A DNA stretch of 51,914 nucleotides, from the NCBI GenBank assembly GCA_029762535.1, contig JARVGK010000022.1:1-51914 (forward strand), in the 5' to 3' direction. The position numbers were made by a program, and so were the translations under genes. Every line of letters begins with the position of its first letter. Within the stretch, counting starts at the first letter, position 1. This DNA is from Thermoplasmatota archaeon. Its GTDB lineage: Archaea > Thermoplasmatota > Penumbrarchaeia > Penumbrarchaeales > Penumbrarchaeaceae. Positions 47,084-51,914 of the stretch are shown in pieces. The notes under the pieces are model-generated. The model saw only the letters and a program-made list of their open reading frames with translations. It was not told where the DNA came from and did no database searches.

Positions 47084-50000
47084 CTACCGTTCCCTCCCAT
47101 GCGCGACGGGTGTTCCGAACCTCTGAAAGCCGTCCTGAGCCAGGAGCCGATCGCTTTAAGCTTACTTATCACGCCATATGACCTTTCATCGTCATACGGC
47201 GTTTTGGAGTAGATCCCCCGCTCGAGATCGAACATGACCCGTTCCGGCTCCTCGGGCGCTCTTAATTCCCTCAACCTATGTGATACTTCTCTCATGGTCA
47301 TGTGCATGTCCATGTTCGCCTGAGGCGGGGAAGATTCGATGGTATCGATGAAGGAGTGTATCAGCTCGTTCTTTCCTTTTCTGAGGGGTGATATACTATT
47401 GGGGCCGTCTATTGACCTCTGTTCCTTGGGCCCGGGAATCCTGGTGATGGCTGCATCTTCATAAATATCCGCGGCATGTTCCTTTCGTCGCCTGCGAACG
47501 ACGATCACTGCAAGGAATGACAGGCCAATGATAATGAGGAGCGCCACGATGATGGCGAAAAGTATAGGAGGGATCGCCCGATCCTTCGTCTCGACGGGAT
47601 CGATATCACCGGTCGGGTCCTGATCGTTTATCGGGGGGTCCTCCGGGTCATCAACAGGAGGGTCCTCGGGTATTATGGGAGGGGGGGGCTTGTTCGCTTC
47701 AATATACTTCCTGTGGTCCTCCTCGGACATGACCGTTATCCATATCGGATCGCTCGACCCGTTCCTGCACCATTGAACATTGCTTATAAGCGTTACATCA
47801 AGGGCATGGGTCCCTATGCCAAGGATGCTCGAATTCAGGAGATAGGGCGTTATGGACCGGTTCCATGCACCCCCTATTATCATCGGCGACGAGGGAAGAA
47901 GCATCATCAGCTGCCCCTCTCCCAGGATGCATGAGACGTTCAGTGAGATGTCATCGCCTATCTTGAAGACCGACCCTGAAACTTGGAGATGTATTATCGG
48001 AACGTAGGATACCTCTATCAAGATCGTTGAATTGGATGGGTCTTGGTATGGATCGCCGGGATATTCAAGTTCGACCTCCATCTGTCCAGGCTGTTGGTAA
48101 CTGATGTTGAGGATCAATGGGCCGAACACGGAATGGGAGGCTCCGGATATACTGAGGTTGCCAGGGACGGACCTTGATAGTTCGTCCCTCAAGTGCAGTT
48201 CGACCTCGATATGCTCTCCGGGCTGGACCAAGGGTTCGTATGGGTGATGATCGATGTAAGTCCTCAGTTTCCTGATGTTGAATGATATGTTGTTATAAAG
48301 ATAGGGCCCGCCATCGAGCTCGCAAGAGGTGTTGATGGTGTGTGCTCCGAGGGAAAGACCTCGATCCACCAAGAGGTCGTATCTACCCCTCCCTTCGATG
48401 GATTCGATCGTGGACAAAGCTGTATCGTCGAGGGAGATCGCGACCCTTGCCTTTTGGGGGAAGGCCAGATGACCGTCCAGCGTCCGCTCGATCACGAGCA
48501 CCCCTATCCGGACGATGGAATCGTAGGGGGCGTCATACCTGTTCAGTGAGATGAACAGGCCTTCTTCGAACTCCATCTCGAACAGTACCACGAGCATGAG
48601 CTCATCGTACATGTCCAAGAGATGCTCAAGATCCGATATGAGCGATGATCTGTCGTCCAGCCCGTACGATGTGCCCTCCTCCGTTGCATCCGAGATCCCG
48701 TCAAGGGAGAGATGCATGGAGTTGAGCCTTTCGGCGGCATCCATGGCCATGAGGCGGTCCCCTTCTTCGTTGATGGACCTCGTCGATGGATCGGAGGATA
48801 ATAGTTCCGCGATGTTCTGAACGAACCCGGCATGGTTGACGGAGAAGGAAAGCGATTCCCGGTACAGGGTTGCGAGCGCTTCATAAGGGCCTTGGTATCG
48901 GGATGCGGTGTATGCGTCCATTCTCTCGAGTACGGATGATATGTTCTCCAGCATGGACGATGCCCTCTCCAATGAGGACATGATCCCTTCGGGCAGCTCC
49001 ATTCCGGATGCCTCCGAAAGGGATATCACCCCGTCTCCATCCCGATCGGCATCGATGGAATTATCTTTCAATACCTCCTCCAGAAGAGAGGATAATTCTC
49101 CTATATCGCTGAATACCAGCTTCACATCCTCGAGGTCCGACCTGTAGGATGCTATGAGGTCGGCCAAAGCGTCGATGGAAGAGATCACGTCGCCATCATC
49201 ATGGTCCCGAAGCATAGGATAGGCTTCGTAAAGGGATGTAAGCCCCTCCTCCATGAGGACGAGATGCTCCATCGCGTTCCGGGATCGAGAGTATTGCTCG
49301 AGAATGCTTGAGCCAAACTCGATCTCGGTTTTAAGGGATGCTAGATGGTGTTCGAAGTAGATCTGGTCCCTTCGGATCCCCAAAAGTGTGGAATGGGAAT
49401 CTATGACGTTTACGGTGAACCCTTCCATCAGGGATCGGAGTTCCGAAGATGTGGATGACGAGGCGGATCCCAGTATGTCGGCCATCTCCTTGAGGGCGAT
49501 CCCCGGATCGGCACCCATCGTGACGTTGTCGATGGCATGGGAATAGTTTCTCATCATCGGTTCGAAGAATACATGCAGATGGTCGGAATAGTTCAGATCA
49601 TCGCCCGATCCCGATCTTGTGTTCTCCGACCATCGGGATAGGTCGATCAAGGTGATCTCGAGGTCGATGTCCGAGATCGCAAGGAGGTTGTCTTGCAACA
49701 ATGTCAGAGAGTCAAGCATAAAACGCAGGCTTTCCTTGGACCCTGGAACGGCAATGTCAAGCCGGGTGAGGTTCTCTTCGAGGGAGGCCCTTGTCCAATT
49801 GCTCGATGACAGCGTGGAGAGCCACATCATGTAAGTGGTGAGGTTCGTCCAGTGTTCAACGGACAGGCTGAGGTTCCTCTCCGCGTAGATCATGATGTTG
49901 ACATGTCGTTCCAGGTATTCCCTGGAATCGACATAAACGGGGATCCCCTCCAGGGTGGATAATGCATTTAATACCCTGTTTGCGAAGGCCCCCGTGTAGA

Positions 50001-50199
50001 AAGAGCAATTCGTTATATCTTCGGATGCACCGTATTCGACTGAGAGTTTCAGCATGTCCAGGGCATCGCGGAGGAAATACTCGAGTGTGCTCATGTCCAT
50101 TTCGGCATCGTCGTAATTCTCGTGGGATTTCGAGGTGCTTATGCCAGAGGCCAACACCATTGTCGTAATGACGGCCGCAAGGACCCAAACATATCTCAC
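47080..50199 (-). CDS. Large membrane-anchored protein of the MoxR operon (helical N-terminus, Ig-like domains, TM, DUF4129-like C-terminus)
   Basis: Signal-like N-terminus, Pro/Asp linker, TM helix plus RRRRK, T.RE and ERGIYS motifs; ATGA-coupled to the next gene. Confidence 0.7.
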   Translation of the reverse strand: MRYVWVLAAVITTMVLASGISTSKSHENYDDAEMDMSTLEYFLRDALDMLKLSVEYGASEDITNCSFYTGAFANRVLNALSTLEGIPVYVDSREYLERHVNIMIYAERNLSLSVEHWTNLTTYMMWLSTLSSSNWTRASLEENLTRLDIAVPGSKESLRFMLDSLTLLQDNLLAISDIDLEITLIDLSRWSENTRSGSGDDLNYSDHLHVFFEPMMRNYSHAIDNVTMGADPGIALKEMADILGSASSSTSSELRSLMEGFTVNVIDSHSTLLGIRRDQIYFEHHLASLKTEIEFGSSILEQYSRSRNAMEHLVLMEEGLTSLYEAYPMLRDHDDGDVISSIDALADLIASYRSDLEDVKLVFSDIGELSSLLEEVLKDNSIDADRDGDGVISLSEASGMELPEGIMSSLERASSMLENISSVLERMDAYTASRYQGPYEALATLYRESLSFSVNHAGFVQNIAELLSSDPSTRSINEEGDRLMAMDAAERLNSMHLSLDGISDATEEGTSYGLDDRSSLISDLEHLLDMYDELMLVVLFEMEFEEGLFISLNRYDAPYDSIVRIGVLVIERTLDGHLAFPQKARVAISLDDTALSTIESIEGRGRYDLLVDRGLSLGAHTINTSCELDGGPYLYNNISFNIRKLRTYIDHHPYEPLVQPGEHIEVELHLRDELSRSVPGNLSISGASHSVFGPLILNISYQQPGQMEVELEYPGDPYQDPSNSTILIEVSYVPIIHLQVSGSVFKIGDDISLNVSCILGEGQLMMLLPSSPMIIGGAWNRSITPYLLNSSILGIGTHALDVTLISNVQWCRNGSSDPIWITVMSEEDHRKYIEANKPPPPIIPEDPPVDDPEDPPINDQDPTGDIDPVETKDRAIPPILFAIIVALLIIIGLSFLAVIVVRRRRKEHAADIYEDAAITRIPGPKEQRSIDGPNSISPLRKGKNELIHSFIDTIESSPPQANMDMHMTMREVSHRLRELRAPEEPERVMFDLERGIYSKTPYDDERSYGVISKLKAIGSWLRTAFRGSEHPSRMGGNGR

Positions 50200-50238
50200 G
50201 GGCTGGTAAGAAAGATATGAGCTGATAATATTTTCGAC

Positions 50239-51069
50239 ATGTTTATCTGTAAAGGTCGTGATGATGCGATGATGAATGCAGGTAATGTCTGGGTCAGGGC
50301 GGGGGGCGTTTGCCTGATATTTTTTGGTTTTTACTTACTGTTCTTATCTATCTGGTTATTGGACCCTGACCCGGAGAACGGGACTAGGGAGATGTCCGGT
50401 CTTTTCACAAGGGTCGGTTTCGCCGTCATACTTCTTGGCCTGTTCGCGCTCTTTCTATATTCGGAGAGGGTGCTTCCGGTCCAGATCACTGAATCCCTGG
50501 CATCGACAGCGAACGAGAATTCCGCGAGATCCATCCGCGCATTGAACCTGAAAGGCCGCGGCATATATATGCCTCCGGGAGGAAGGCTCCTGGAGGACCG
50601 CGTTTTCATTCCAATTGACGACAGGCGGCTGGAGCTACCTCGTCCCGCTTCGGAAACGGTCCTGAACTCCGGGGATCTCGGTCCGTCCCTTGGAATGTTC
50701 GTAATACCCCCCGGAAAAGACACCGTGGACCTTGTGGAATCGCTCACATCCAAGCGCTTCAGCGATGACGATCCCTCCGACGCTCAGGAATCGCTCGAAC
50801 GCCTGACCGCTGGGACCGGTTTAATTAGAAAGGTGGAGTGCAGGGAAAAGGGCGACATCGTGACGTTGACCATACTACATTCCAAGATGGAAGTTATATG
50901 CTCCAAGACCTGGAAGGACCATCCGGACCTGCACGCTCGATTGGGCTGCGTTGGATGCTCGATCGTTCTGACGGCACTTGCGAGGTCGGAAAGGAGGCCT
51001 TTGAGGATCGAGGAGGCAAGGAGGGAGAAGGACAGAACGGTCTATGTTCTCAGGAGGCTTCATAATTGA
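50239..51069 (+). CDS. Hypothetical membrane protein (2 N-terminal TM, C-terminal Cys motif)
   Basis: Two TM helices, GIYMP, PPG, C..GCVGCS. Start uncertain. Confidence 0.7.
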   Translation: MFICKGRDDAMMNAGNVWVRAGGVCLIFFGFYLLFLSIWLLDPDPENGTREMSGLFTRVGFAVILLGLFALFLYSERVLPVQITESLASTANENSARSIRALNLKGRGIYMPPGGRLLEDRVFIPIDDRRLELPRPASETVLNSGDLGPSLGMFVIPPGKDTVDLVESLTSKRFSDDDPSDAQESLERLTAGTGLIRKVECREKGDIVTLTILHSKMEVICSKTWKDHPDLHARLGCVGCSIVLTALARSERRPLRIEEARREKDRTVYVLRRLHN

Positions 51070-51308
51070 CTCCCGCCAACAGGCTTCTCATCGCCCTATC
51101 CATATGGATGGCGATATGTCTGGTCTTCGTGAATTCTTTGGAGGTCTTCTTCGTACTCGTCCTTCTGGGGATACTGGTCATCAGGGAGATGACCGACTCA
51201 TTCATGCCCGATCCTGTCAAGGACAGGGTGAACTTCTTCATTTACACGTTCCTGTTCATATTCTCCCTGATAGTCATGAGGAAGGTATATGTCATACTAT
51301 CACCATGA
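51066..51308 (+). CDS. Small hypothetical membrane protein
   Basis: Three hydrophobic segments; TTGA overlap with the upstream gene. Confidence 0.65.
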   Translation: MTPANRLLIALSIWMAICLVFVNSLEVFFVLVLLGILVIREMTDSFMPDPVKDRVNFFIYTFLFIFSLIVMRKVYVILSP

Positions 51309-51482
51309 ACAACCTCTGATCCACAGGATCGAAAAATAATATTCAGACATGATAATGGTGAGCTAAATTATTTTATACACCTTCTTGATGGAAAGCCGCA
51401 GTGCGGTGATATGTGATCATCCCTCATAGGGGCCTCCCTCATTGTGGGATCACATGACCGCATAGCAAAGGATGGTGGAAAG

Positions 51483-51914
51483 ATGAACGATAGGGTCCGC
51501 GAGACGATACTCGTATCGGTTGCGGCAGTGCTGTTTCTGGCGACTTTCATGGCGATCGCATATTTCGACCGTTCCCACGGCGATGTGGGGACGGAATACG
51601 GAGTAGACCAGGTGGATGTGGCGATATCCGGATCCCAGGGCAAGATAACGGTTCCGGACCTGCCCGAGGACCTGATATTCATAGGCGCATCCCAGCCCGC
51701 GAGCATGGATCTCAGCGTGACAAATAACGATCCCGACAACGACATAGATACGATATACGTGACGATCCCCGGATCGACGATCACCGGGACCGGTTATGAG
51801 TGGTATGTGCCATCGGAGCCCCGGGATTGGAACATGAGCCTTCCCCAATCCGATGTGGCGATGTTCCAGGCGGTTACGGACTATCCCGGTCTGAACTACG
51901 GCGGTTCGGCCCAG
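51483..51914 (+). CDS. 3'-truncated secreted or membrane-anchored hypothetical protein
   Basis: ATG after GGTGG; MNDRVRETILVSVAAVLFLATFMAIAYF signal/TM; frame open to the window end. Confidence 0.65.
   Translation, partial: MNDRVRETILVSVAAVLFLATFMAIAYFDRSHGDVGTEYGVDQVDVAISGSQGKITVPDLPEDLIFIGASQPASMDLSVTNNDPDNDIDTIYVTIPGSTITGTGYEWYVPSEPRDWNMSLPQSDVAMFQAVTDYPGLNYGGSAQ

Noticed and set aside
1-51914. tRNA, rRNA, IS elements, prophage or defence genes
   Set aside because: None recognised by eye; intergenic gaps are short. A tRNAscan-SE/Infernal run would be needed to exclude small RNAs.

Overview
Gene-dense 52-kb window, most likely from an archaeon. The evidence is an archaeal RFC small subunit, an archaeal-type wHTH regulator, a DUF4350/MoxR operon, TATA/BRE-like AT-rich promoters, and a C25 gingipain-like surface protease; Thermoplasmata is my inference. 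The standout is a two-gene, 16.4-kb locus. The first gene (819-10745) is a 3308-aa type I PKS/FAS-like megasynthase with the order FabK/NMO-like TIM barrel - KS - malonyl AT - second KS - 4x ACP - KR - DH - fused Sfp-type PPTase; three of its four ACPs carry Thr instead of the attachment Ser. The second gene (10833-17261) follows 87 nt later and encodes a 2142-aa single-chain acetyl-CoA carboxylase with eukaryote-type motifs (BC-BCCP-central-CT). Together they look like a near self-contained malonyl-CoA supply plus self-priming acyl-chain synthase in an archaeal context. A second unexplained module is a nine-gene cluster of small proteins (29326-32737) containing three coiled-coil paralogs, a tandem PRC-barrel protein, a double-psi-barrel-like protein and Zn fingers. 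The rest is mostly housekeeping and surface genes. No rRNA, tRNA, CRISPR array or IS element was recognised. All calls come from motifs read by eye, with no database searches.
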